DNA of 64,000 nt from assembly GCA_965237835.1 (NCBI GenBank), contig OZ250160.1, positions 128,503 to 192,502 of the forward strand, read 5' to 3'. The position numbers and the translations under genes are program-made. Every line of letters starts with the position of its first letter. Position 1 is the first letter of the stretch. Of the stretch, positions 18,877 to 27,569 are shown piece after piece. Source of the DNA: Candidatus Poribacteria bacterium (GTDB taxonomy: Bacteria > Poribacteria > WGA-4E > WGA-3G). The notes beneath the pieces were generated by a model. The model did no database searches. It had not been told where the DNA came from and saw nothing but the letters and a program-made list of their open reading frames with translations.

Positions 18877-21800
18877 ATGAACAAAGACACAATCAAATCC
18901 GCATTAACAGCAATTCCCACCAGCGACTTTTTAGAGAAGTCAAAAGAACTCCTCGCAACGATAGGTTACCACAGCGAACGGACCCTTGATCTTTCTGGCA
19001 CCGTCCACGACTTTTTTGAGGAATTTCCACCATTAAACCCGAACACCAAAACCGAACAGGAATTCCGTAATCACGTTGAATCTGTACAACTCATTTTCCA
19101 ATTTACAAAGGACGAAATTGACGATGACCCACAGCAGCTGACTTTGCTTGAGTCTAATTCGTTCGATAAAGGCAACATTAGCAGTTTCCTGTTTTGTGCA
19201 GTGGAATTAAAAGATAGCGACTACTCCCGCACAAAATACGCTGAGTTTACACGAGAAATCAATAAAAGATTGTTTGCCCCAACTGTGATTCTATTTCGCA
19301 CCGCAGACCATCTGACTGTGGCATTTGCAGATCGCTGTCCAGACAAAACTGACGATGCACGTGATGTGCTTGGACAGGTCACCTTCATCAAAGACATCCA
19401 TCTGAACAATCCACATCGCGCACATCTGGATATCCTCTCCGAACTCTCACTTGCAGAATGCGTCAAGTGGATTGATAACAAGAAAAAACCGAAAAACTTC
19501 GACGGGTTGCTGGCAGCATGGCTCGCCAAATTGGATACGGAAGAGCTCAACAAGCAGTTCTATCGGAAACTGTTCGCGTGGTTTGAATGGGCAATTGACG
19601 AAGCAAAGTTCCCAACAGATGAGAAGCGCGTCATAAAACCGGAGGAGCATGTTATCCGACTCATCACACGTCTGCTTTTTATCTGGTTTATCAAAGAAAA
19701 AGGGCTTGTTGCTGAGGAACTATTTAACAAAGCACAAATCCAAAACCTATTGAAAGCGGATGACTTTGATAACGGCGACTCCTACTATCGCGCCGTACTA
19801 CAAAACCTCTTTTTCGCCACGTTAAACACAGAGATAGACAAACGTGAGTTTAGCAGGGAAAACTATTCTGGTAATCGTGATTTCTCACGGTATCGCTACA
19901 AAACACAGATACGCGATCCTGATAAACTGCTGTCATTCTTTGCTAAAACCCCCTTCATCAACGGAGGCTTATTTGATTGTCTGGATAGTTTCAAAGCACC
20001 AACAAGTGGAGGTTACCGAATAGACTGTTTCTCTGATGTTGATTACAAAAAACTGAGCATCCCCAACCGCCTCTTTTTTGACGAAAGCCAAGGACTACTC
20101 CCTACTATACTTGAACACTACAAATTCACCGTTGAGGAGAACACACCGATAGAGCAGGAAGTCGCGCTTGACCCAGAACTACTCGGCAGAGTGTTTGAAC
20201 ACCTACTCGCCGCTATCAACCCAGAAACCGGTGCAACGGTGCGAAAACAGACCGGCTCCTACTACACCCCACGCGCCATCGTTGACTATATGGTAGAGGA
20301 GGCATTAGTCGCGACGCTCTCCCAAAAGTGCAATCCAACCGATGGCAAAGCCGATTTTTGGAACGAACGGTTACACTATCTTTTTGACTATGCAAAGATA
20401 TTCGATGATGCAAGCGAATGGTTTGACGACACCGAAACTGACGCGATCGTGAAAACAATTTCTGAACTCAAAATACTGGATCCCGCGGTCGGTTCTGGCG
20501 CGTTTCCGATGGGAGTGCTGCACAAGTTAACGCTGGCACTGCGGCGACTTGATCCAGACAACAACCGATGGAAAAATTTACAGAAGGAGCTTGCAGGAAA
20601 ACGCGCTGCTGATGCATTTGATACACAGGATGACCAAGAACGTCGTGAAGAACTGCACGAAATTGACGACACATTCAAACGTTACCGTGATTCGGACTTC
20701 GGACGGAAGTTATACCTGATACAAAACAGCATCTTCGGCGTAGATATTCAACCGATCGCCTGTCAAATCGCCAAACTCCGCTTTTTCATCTCACTTGCAA
20801 TTGAGCAGCAGCCAAACGATAATCCTGATAAGAACTTCGGTATCAAACCCTTGCCCAATTTGGAAACGCGCTTTGTTGCAGCGAATACGCTAATCGGTTT
20901 CAAAGCACAAAGGTCGTTCCTAACCGAAAAAGCAGTGAAGTTAGAGCACGAACTGCAAGACAATCGTGAACAGCATTTCCACGCTACTACTCGCCAACGC
21001 AAACGCGCCTGCCAGACAAAAGATGAAATATTGCGCGGAGAATTGGCAACCGAATTAAAAAGCCTGGGGATGCTTGCAGATGATGCTGAAAAGGTTGCCA
21101 AATGGGATTTGTATGACCAGAACGCCACTGCTGATTGGTTCGATTCGGAATGGATGTTTGGGATTACGCATGGATATGATGTGGTGATTGGCAACCCGCC
21201 TTATATCCAATTGCAAAAGGATGGCGGGAGACTTGGAAATCTTTATCAAAATGCGGGTTTTGATAACTTCGCTCGCACAGGCGATATTTACTGTCTATTT
21301 TATGAACGCGGAATCAAACTGCTAACACGAAACGGGCATCTTTGTTATATTACCAGCAATAAATGGATGCGCGCAGGTTATGGCAAAAAGTTGAGAGATT
21401 ATTTTGTAACTTATACCCAACCCGTTCAACTACTGGATATGGGACCCGATGTGTTTGATGCCACCGTAGACACAAACATTCTGCTGCTACAAAACACCGT
21501 GCTAGATGATCCAATTGACTTCAAAGCCGTAACCATTGGGGCAGATTTTGACAAACAAACCGGTAGCATCGGACAATACTTGAGCGATAACGGTGGGACT
21601 ATGGAAAAACCTGCTAAAGGTGAACCGTGGGCAATACTCTCATCTGCCGAACTCGCCTTAAAACGCAAAATAGAAAATGTCGGCAAACCGCTCAAAGACT
21701 GGAACATCTCTATTCATTACGGAATTAAAACAGGTTATAACACTGCCTTTCTCATTGATAATCAAACGAAAGAGGCACTGATAGAAGCAGATCCCAAATC

Positions 21801-22458
21801 GGATGAAATTATCAAGCCCGTTTTGAAAGGTCGGGACATCAAGCGATATCAAGTTGATTGGGCAGGATTATGGTTGATAGATACACATAACGGATATGAA
21901 AATGTTCCAGCAATTGATGTAAACAATTACCCAATCGTTAAAAGACACTTAGATGGCTTTCACACCCAACTTGAAAAGCGCAGCGACAAGGGACACACAC
22001 CCTATAATCTCCGGCATTGTGCTTACCATTCAGCATTTGAAAAAGCGAAAATTATTTATCCTGAAACAACCCACACCGCTAACTTTTTCTACGATGACGG
22101 GCAATATTTTATAGAGAAAACCTGTTTTATGATAACGGGTAGTGATTTAAAATTGTTAGTTGGACTACTGAGTTCCATTCTAATGACATTTGCTTACAAG
22201 CAATATTGTAGCGGTACTGTACTTGGTAAAAAGGGATACCAATACAACCAACATGCCTTAGAGAAATTGCCCATCGTTAAGATTCCCGCAGCGCAACAAG
22301 CATCTTTCATTGCTTTAGTTGATAAAATCCTTTCCATGAAAGCCGCAGACCCAGATGCAGACACCACAGACTTGGAAAATGAGATTGACCAATTGGTATA
22401 CGCCTTATACGACTTAACCCCCGAAGAAATTGCGATTGTAGAGGGTGCTGCGGGATAA
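18877..22458 (+). CDS. Eco57I/PglX-like gamma-class N6-adenine DNA methyltransferase with a TaqI-like C-terminal specificity domain
   Basis: 1193 aa with GSYYTPRAIVDYMV, ILDPAVGSGAFPMGVL (motif I), VVIGNPPYIQLQ (motif IV) and a C-terminal GIKTGYNTAFLID region. The tail is LENEIDQLVYALYDLTPEEIAIVEG. Confidence 0.85.
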   Translation: MNKDTIKSALTAIPTSDFLEKSKELLATIGYHSERTLDLSGTVHDFFEEFPPLNPNTKTEQEFRNHVESVQLIFQFTKDEIDDDPQQLTLLESNSFDKGNISSFLFCAVELKDSDYSRTKYAEFTREINKRLFAPTVILFRTADHLTVAFADRCPDKTDDARDVLGQVTFIKDIHLNNPHRAHLDILSELSLAECVKWIDNKKKPKNFDGLLAAWLAKLDTEELNKQFYRKLFAWFEWAIDEAKFPTDEKRVIKPEEHVIRLITRLLFIWFIKEKGLVAEELFNKAQIQNLLKADDFDNGDSYYRAVLQNLFFATLNTEIDKREFSRENYSGNRDFSRYRYKTQIRDPDKLLSFFAKTPFINGGLFDCLDSFKAPTSGGYRIDCFSDVDYKKLSIPNRLFFDESQGLLPTILEHYKFTVEENTPIEQEVALDPELLGRVFEHLLAAINPETGATVRKQTGSYYTPRAIVDYMVEEALVATLSQKCNPTDGKADFWNERLHYLFDYAKIFDDASEWFDDTETDAIVKTISELKILDPAVGSGAFPMGVLHKLTLALRRLDPDNNRWKNLQKELAGKRAADAFDTQDDQERREELHEIDDTFKRYRDSDFGRKLYLIQNSIFGVDIQPIACQIAKLRFFISLAIEQQPNDNPDKNFGIKPLPNLETRFVAANTLIGFKAQRSFLTEKAVKLEHELQDNREQHFHATTRQRKRACQTKDEILRGELATELKSLGMLADDAEKVAKWDLYDQNATADWFDSEWMFGITHGYDVVIGNPPYIQLQKDGGRLGNLYQNAGFDNFARTGDIYCLFYERGIKLLTRNGHLCYITSNKWMRAGYGKKLRDYFVTYTQPVQLLDMGPDVFDATVDTNILLLQNTVLDDPIDFKAVTIGADFDKQTGSIGQYLSDNGGTMEKPAKGEPWAILSSAELALKRKIENVGKPLKDWNISIHYGIKTGYNTAFLIDNQTKEALIEADPKSDEIIKPVLKGRDIKRYQVDWAGLWLIDTHNGYENVPAIDVNNYPIVKRHLDGFHTQLEKRSDKGHTPYNLRHCAYHSAFEKAKIIYPETTHTANFFYDDGQYFIEKTCFMITGSDLKLLVGLLSSILMTFAYKQYCSGTVLGKKGYQYNQHALEKLPIVKIPAAQQASFIALVDKILSMKAADPDADTTDLENEIDQLVYALYDLTPEEIAIVEGAAG

Positions 22459-22460
22459 GT

Positions 22461-22491
22461 TGTCAATTTGACAGAGCGTGTCAAATTGGCA
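22461..22491. promoter_or_regulatory. Twin palindromic sites, possibly an operator or terminator
   Basis: TGTCAATTTGACA (22461-22473) and TGTCAAATTGGCA (22479-22491) lie 3 nt after the methyltransferase stop and upstream of the Pycsar pair. Confidence 0.3.
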
Positions 22492-22608
22492 GAGGAAAAA
22501 GTTAAGAAAACCCCATAAATTCTGTTTTTAGGCAGTTTATCATTGGCACGAAAATTGCTCGTTAGGTAACCTATATGTTCTTCTAAAATCTGACCGGGAA
22601 GTTGGTAA

Positions 22609-23526
22609 GTGATGGAAATGATTAACAGATTTCGTGGAGAAGCAGGTCGTAATCGCCTTATTTGGGCGTTACGCAAACAGGCTATTCTGCATGACGACGA
22701 AACATTATCCAATGAACTAGCTGACCAAGCCGAACTTCTTCAGTTTGAGTCCGGGGATGAACTAATCATACAGCATGATGCTGACAATGACATCTATTTT
22801 ATTTTAGCTGGGCAACTTTCTATCGTTGTTAATGGACGAGAAGTAGCTATCAGGAAACCTGGAGAACATGTCGGTGAAATGGTGTTAATTGATCCATCTG
22901 CAAGACGTTCAGCGTCGGTTATTGCTATTGAGCAAACGGTTGTTGTCAAAATTTGTGAAACCTCTTTCCGTTTGTTAGCAGAAAAATATCCAAGAATCTG
23001 GCAGCTAATTGCAGTAGAACTTGCCGATAGGTTGCGGCAAAGAAATAGGTTAGTTGCTGCTACAAACCCACGTCCTGTTGTGTTCATAGGTTCCTCAAAG
23101 GAATCACTTCCTATTGCAGAGACGATTAAATCTAATTTAGATGGTAAAGATATCATCGTTCACTTATGGACAGAAGGTGTTTTTGGTGCTTCGCAATTTA
23201 CATTAACCGAACTTGAGAAACAGGTTCAAGAAGCTGACTTTGCAGTACTTGTTCTGGGACCTGACGATGAAGTGATAAGTCGTGACGAAAAATCGGATGC
23301 GCCTCGTGATAATGTAATCTTTGAGTTAGGTCTATTTATGGGAGCATTATCACATGAACGAACCTTTATGGTTATTCCTCACGGGTGTGATATTAAGATT
23401 CCCACTGATTTGCTTGGCCTTATTCCCTTGAAGTATAAATCAGGTGATTCTAACGACTATGCCGATTTGCTGATACCAGTTTGTGATCAACTTCGGCATA
23501 ACATTAAAAAGGTCAACGTTAAATAA
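22609..23526 (+). CDS. pycTIR: Pycsar-type effector: cyclic-nucleotide-binding domain fused to a TIR-like (Cap12/PF10137-type) domain
   Basis: cNMP-binding signature GEHVGEMVLID...RRSASVIA. The TIR-like part is VVFIGSSKESLPIAE...ADFAVLVLGPDDEV...PRDNVIFELGLFMGAL...IPTDLLGL. The start is GTG 22609 or ATG 22612. Confidence 0.75.
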   Translation: MMEMINRFRGEAGRNRLIWALRKQAILHDDETLSNELADQAELLQFESGDELIIQHDADNDIYFILAGQLSIVVNGREVAIRKPGEHVGEMVLIDPSARRSASVIAIEQTVVVKICETSFRLLAEKYPRIWQLIAVELADRLRQRNRLVAATNPRPVVFIGSSKESLPIAETIKSNLDGKDIIVHLWTEGVFGASQFTLTELEKQVQEADFAVLVLGPDDEVISRDEKSDAPRDNVIFELGLFMGALSHERTFMVIPHGCDIKIPTDLLGLIPLKYKSGDSNDYADLLIPVCDQLRHNIKKVNVK

Positions 23527-23550
23527 TTTCATATTAGGAGGATTATTCCA

Positions 23551-24243
23551 ATGAGTTTAGGTGAAGATTTTGCAAAAGAAGTTCGAAAAATATTTCAGGA
23601 AACATGGGCTACCCGGAAAGGCAGAAAAGTCCCAGAACCGGGAGATATAGCATTAGGTAATGATGCTGTGGAGTTAGACGGGACGGTGCTATATGCAGAC
23701 CTTGATGATTCTACAAATCTTGTAGATTCTCATCAACCAAAATTTGCGGCTAAAATATATAAAGCATATCTCAGCTGCGCTGCTAAGGTGATACGGTCTG
23801 AGGGTGGTGTTATCACCTCTTACGATGGCGATCGTATCATGGCGGTATTCATCGGAGACTTAAAAAACACCTCCGCCGCTCGTTCAGCATTAAAAATAAA
23901 CTATACAGTTACCAAAATTATAAATCCTGTTCTAAAAAAGTATTCTCCCAAAACGAATTACAAAGTCAAGCAAGTTGTGGGTATTGACACCAGCAAATTA
24001 TTTGTCGCACGCACTGGAATACGAAATTCGAACGACCTCGTTTGGGTTGGACGTGCTGCGAACTACGCAGCGAAATTGTGTTCTCTTTCACCCAATTACC
24101 CTTCACGACTGACCAAAGGCGTGTACGATAAATTGGATGACTCAGTTAAGTATGCGAATAATGATAAAAGAACGCCTATGTGGAATAAGGCCACATGGAA
24201 TGATATGACGATTTATAGATCAACTTGGCGATGGCCAATATAG
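23551..24243 (+). CDS. pycC: Small class III nucleotidyl cyclase (Pycsar PycC-like)
   Basis: 230 aa with metal-binding VLYADLDDST, GDRIMAVF and VWVGRAANYAAKL. It has a TAGGAGG RBS and starts 24 nt after the effector gene. Confidence 0.7.
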   Translation: MSLGEDFAKEVRKIFQETWATRKGRKVPEPGDIALGNDAVELDGTVLYADLDDSTNLVDSHQPKFAAKIYKAYLSCAAKVIRSEGGVITSYDGDRIMAVFIGDLKNTSAARSALKINYTVTKIINPVLKKYSPKTNYKVKQVVGIDTSKLFVARTGIRNSNDLVWVGRAANYAAKLCSLSPNYPSRLTKGVYDKLDDSVKYANNDKRTPMWNKATWNDMTIYRSTWRWPI

Positions 24244-24443
24244 GAGCGCATAAAATATCATTGACTTATTGGAATGATTGAAAATGGTCTGAATAGCAAA
24301 TAATAGGTAATGTAGATTTTCAATTGAGAAGTCTATGTAATCCCCGATTCAGATAATAAAGAGATTGCGAATATGATGTATCTTATCAGTTTGATACAGA
24401 GCGAGCCATAATGTGAATGCCGTGCTTTTGATATTGCCGTTCC

Positions 24444-24502
24444 TAATCCTGAAAATCCGATAATCCTGAAAATCCTGGTTCAGACAATCCGCGATTCAGA
24501 CA
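24444..24502. repeat. Family-D repeat copy (junction 1)
   Basis: CCTAATCCTGAAAATCCGATAATCCTGAAAATCCTGGTTCAGACAATCCGCGATTCAGACA. Confidence 0.6.
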
Positions 24503-24522
24503 AAAGAAACCGTCATTATAGA

Positions 24523-24660
24523 GAACAAATCCTGAACACACAAACGCAACCCCTTGCCCAAAATGCGTAAACCGATGCAAAGGTTTTTCCTTGAAAATCA
24601 GATTGATAGTATGGTATACTGCTGATACAAATTAACCTTGAAGAAATTCAAGTGTGGGGA
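24523..24660 (+). pseudogene. Degenerate remnant of a methyltransferase 3' end (ghost 1)
   Basis: 24590-24654 reads LENQIDSMVYC*YKLTLKKF, against LENEIDQLVYALYDLTPEEI at the end of 18877-22458. That is 10 of 21 positions by eye, with an in-frame stop. Confidence 0.45.
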
Positions 24661-24745
24661 AAGCACAGAATAAATTTCTGAATCGTGGATTAGATAAAGT
24701 GCTCAGATTTTTGGATTGTGTCATCCGTGAAAAGGAGTGCCAAAA

Positions 24746-25951
24746 ATGCAAAAATACGACGTTGCGTTGTCATTTGCTGCGGAAGACCGTCAGTATGCCA
24801 AAACGTTAGCAAATCTTCTCAAAGCAGATGGATATGAACCCTTTTACGATGAAAATGAGTTAGCAAATCTATGGGGGAAGAATCTATATGACTACTTGTC
24901 GTCGGTTTATAAAGATCAAGCTCGCTATTGTGTGATGTTCCTTTCTAAACACTACGAACGAAAACTATGGACGACCCATGAACGCCAACTTGCGCAAGCA
25001 AGGGCATTTCAGGAAAACCGTGAGTATATTCTCCCAGTTCGTCTCGACGATACAGAAATTCCGGGTATTCCTCCCACGGTCGGATATCTTGATTTACGTT
25101 CAATGACTATTGAAGAAGTCTATGAGGCTTTAGTAAAGAAGTTATCGGGCACCACATTGCAAACAAACACTGATTTCACGAACGCCGCCGTAGTTGAGGA
25201 AGATTCTACCGAGTATGTGCTATTAAATTCTGAAGATGGGAAACTGTATTTCTTTCCGGTTCAAAACGCGCGTTGGGATTCAACAGAAATTTCACTTGAG
25301 CTGCTGCCAGAATCGCCAGAAGATACAGCTTTTCTTCGTTCATTAAGAAGTCATATCAGTGAGGTATTTGCAAGAGATATCTTCATTGCACTTGCGCTTG
25401 GAGAAGATGCTGCGTGGGTAACCCCAAAGGAAGTCGTTCAAACGGCGTCCGGTTCACAAATCGTTTGGAAAGTCGTTCTGAACGTAGAAAGACACAGAAA
25501 AAATGGAAACCCCCTTGGCGAAATAACGTTTGGTAGTTTTTCACCGGATAAGATTGCTGAAATGCGGGCAAAGCGGATCCTACTTAATGAGAAATTAGGC
25601 GAACTTCCACAGGATTTCCAGAACCAAACAGGGCCCGCGGGTTTGTTCAACGAAGTTTCATTGGAAGTGTTTGTTCGTGGCAGCAACGGATTTCAAATCT
25701 CTGCATCAACCATCCCGTTCCTATACCGCTCTATTGGACGAACAGTTGGACGTTTTGAGAAATTCGCACGTTTAATCTCGGTACTTCACCTTAAACTCTC
25801 AAATACAGTTGAAGAGATACTCAAATTAGATTTGAAACTTCTGAATCCTGAACAGGTAGAGATCAAATTCAAAGGGCGTAGGTCCAAGCGGTACGTTAAC
25901 GTTGAACCGTCTATTATTGAATTTGATGGAATCTGCCCACTAACTGAGTGA
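24746..25951 (+). CDS. TIR-domain protein with an uncharacterised C-terminal domain of about 260 aa
   Basis: MQKYDVALSFAAEDRQYAKTLANLLKADGYEPFYDENE...YCVMFLSKHYERKLWTTHERQ...ILPVRLDD is a bacterial TIR. I prefer ATG 24746 (AAGGAG 7 nt upstream) over the track's GTG at 24737. Confidence 0.75.
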   Translation: MQKYDVALSFAAEDRQYAKTLANLLKADGYEPFYDENELANLWGKNLYDYLSSVYKDQARYCVMFLSKHYERKLWTTHERQLAQARAFQENREYILPVRLDDTEIPGIPPTVGYLDLRSMTIEEVYEALVKKLSGTTLQTNTDFTNAAVVEEDSTEYVLLNSEDGKLYFFPVQNARWDSTEISLELLPESPEDTAFLRSLRSHISEVFARDIFIALALGEDAAWVTPKEVVQTASGSQIVWKVVLNVERHRKNGNPLGEITFGSFSPDKIAEMRAKRILLNEKLGELPQDFQNQTGPAGLFNEVSLEVFVRGSNGFQISASTIPFLYRSIGRTVGRFEKFARLISVLHLKLSNTVEEILKLDLKLLNPEQVEIKFKGRRSKRYVNVEPSIIEFDGICPLTE

Positions 25952-26091
25952 TTATATCCTTCATACATAGCAACAGAAAGCGACGTTGTTTTAGAGAGAC
26001 TTCTATCTAACCAACGTAATCAGTTTTATCCTTAATTGAAACAACACCCACTTCACTTGGATTAATTATCATTTTGGAAAATAAAGCAGTC

Positions 26092-27327
26092 ATGAGTGTT
26101 GAGACCCTAAGCGAGTTTATAGAATGGGCGGCAAAATTTAGCGATGGACAATACCTATTTCGTGGGGTTTCAACAGAAAGTTACAAAATAGAGGCATCTG
26201 CTTACCGTCGCTTGCCTGAAACCGACACAAATAATACGAGTAAGCTGCTTAAAATCAATCAAGAGTTGATAGAAAAAGCAAGAGGACTTGGACACGATCA
26301 GAAAGACGGTCAACAGTTATCCGATCTGGAACTACTTGCAGAACTTCAGCATTTTGGTGCAGCCACCTGCCTAATAGATTTTTCACGGAGTGCGTTGGTA
26401 GCATTGTGGTTTGCTTGCCAGCAAGGCTCCAAAGTAGAAGCAAACGGCAAAGTTTTCGCTGTCCGTCATGACGATATGGTCCGCCTAAAGACAGTTAATC
26501 CAAAATTGATCAAAAAAGAGATTGATTATTTTTTCAAACCGGATGAAAATGGTAGATTTCCGCTATATCAATGGCAACCGAAACTTCAGAACAACCGTAT
26601 CATAGCTCAACAATCTGTTTTCGTATTCAGTGGTGCCTCAATTGAAGCAGAGGATGAATGTGTCATTAAGAGAAACAGCAAGCAAGACATCCTAATATCT
26701 CTGGATAATATATCAGGTATCAACGAAGCTAATATTTATCCTGATTTTGACGGGTTTGCTCGATTACATGCCTACAACAAAACATACGTTGAACCGGATG
26801 CTCAAGACTATCTGCAACGTGGAATTGAAGCTCAACAAAATGGCAACCTTGATGATGCTATTGAGTACTACACTGAAGTCATACGGTTGGATCCGGCAGA
26901 CACTTCCACAATTTCAGTGGCTCGTTACAGTCGTGGCGTCGCTTACATCGAAAAGGGAGAGGCAGACCTCGCCATTGAGGATTATAACATCGTAATTCAA
27001 TACGATCCAAATTATGCTCATGCATATAACAGTCGAGGTTATGCGTACAGGAGAAAAGGAGATAATGAGCATGCTGTTAAAGACTATGACGAAGCAATAC
27101 AGATTAATCCGAATAATGTTCTGTTTTATAACAATCGCAGCATAGCACTATTACAGCAGCAAGAGTGGGAAAGGGCAAAATCAGACTTGACAACTGCCAA
27201 GAACATGGGAGTAGATATCATAACGTTATTTCGTAACTCATATTCAAGCATTGCCGACTTTGAGCAGAAACATAATGTGAAACTACCACCAGACATCACC
27301 GCAATGCTAACACCCCCACGGGCATAG
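26092..27327 (+). CDS. FRG-domain / TPR-repeat fusion protein
   Basis: FRG-domain motifs: YLFRGVS, LAELQHFGAATCLIDFSRSALVALWFAC and NRIIAQQSVFVF. The C-terminal half has about 4 TPR units (AIEYYTEVIRLDP, AIEDYNIVIQYDPNYAHAYNSRG...). The start is either ATG 26092 or TTG 26074. Confidence 0.7.
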   Translation: MSVETLSEFIEWAAKFSDGQYLFRGVSTESYKIEASAYRRLPETDTNNTSKLLKINQELIEKARGLGHDQKDGQQLSDLELLAELQHFGAATCLIDFSRSALVALWFACQQGSKVEANGKVFAVRHDDMVRLKTVNPKLIKKEIDYFFKPDENGRFPLYQWQPKLQNNRIIAQQSVFVFSGASIEAEDECVIKRNSKQDILISLDNISGINEANIYPDFDGFARLHAYNKTYVEPDAQDYLQRGIEAQQNGNLDDAIEYYTEVIRLDPADTSTISVARYSRGVAYIEKGEADLAIEDYNIVIQYDPNYAHAYNSRGYAYRRKGDNEHAVKDYDEAIQINPNNVLFYNNRSIALLQQQEWERAKSDLTTAKNMGVDIITLFRNSYSSIADFEQKHNVKLPPDITAMLTPPRA

Positions 27328-27378
27328 CAGTTGAACAGAAAACCCTCCGCTTAGCTGATGACGCTGAGGTGCGATTTC

Positions 27379-27424
27379 CAATCCGCGTCATCTAAGTAAT
27401 CCGTGCAAATCCGAGATTCAGACA
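27379..27424. repeat. Family-D repeat copy (junction 2)
   Basis: CAATCCGCGTCATCTAAGTAATCCGTGCAAATCCGAGATTCAGACA. Confidence 0.55.
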
Positions 27425-27569
27425 ACAAATTCTGAACACACAACACAAACCTTTGTCCTAAACATACAGCCAGATACCGAAGTTTTCACTTGAAAATGAA
27501 ATTGATCGTTTGGTATACTCATTGTACAACATAAACCCCGAAAAAATTGCAATTATGGAAACGGAATGA
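27425..27569 (+). pseudogene. Remnant of a methyltransferase 3' end (ghost 2, best preserved)
   Basis: 27489-27569 is an open 26-codon frame plus stop, LENEIDRLVYSLYNINPEKIAIMETE*. It matches 17 of 25 positions of LENEIDQLVYALYDLTPEEIAIVEG. Its TGA overlaps the ATG of the next gene (ATGA at 27566-27569). Confidence 0.7.

Noticed and set aside
13925-22458. Calling the helicase/methyltransferase pair BREX or DISARM
   Set aside because: No pglZ, brxC/pglY, brxA/B/L, drmA or drmB (DUF1998) is present in the window. Only the PglX/DrmMI-like methylase and SNF2/PLD features are shared.
22194-22712. 172-aa minus-strand ORF spanning the methyltransferase 3' end and the Pycsar effector 5' end
   Set aside because: It overlaps two well-supported plus-strand genes and has no motif. 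It is a shadow ORF.
24746-25951. Calling the TIR protein ThsB of a Thoeris system
   Set aside because: No ThsA-type (SIR2-SLOG or TM-Macro) gene is adjacent, and the protein has its own large C-terminal domain.
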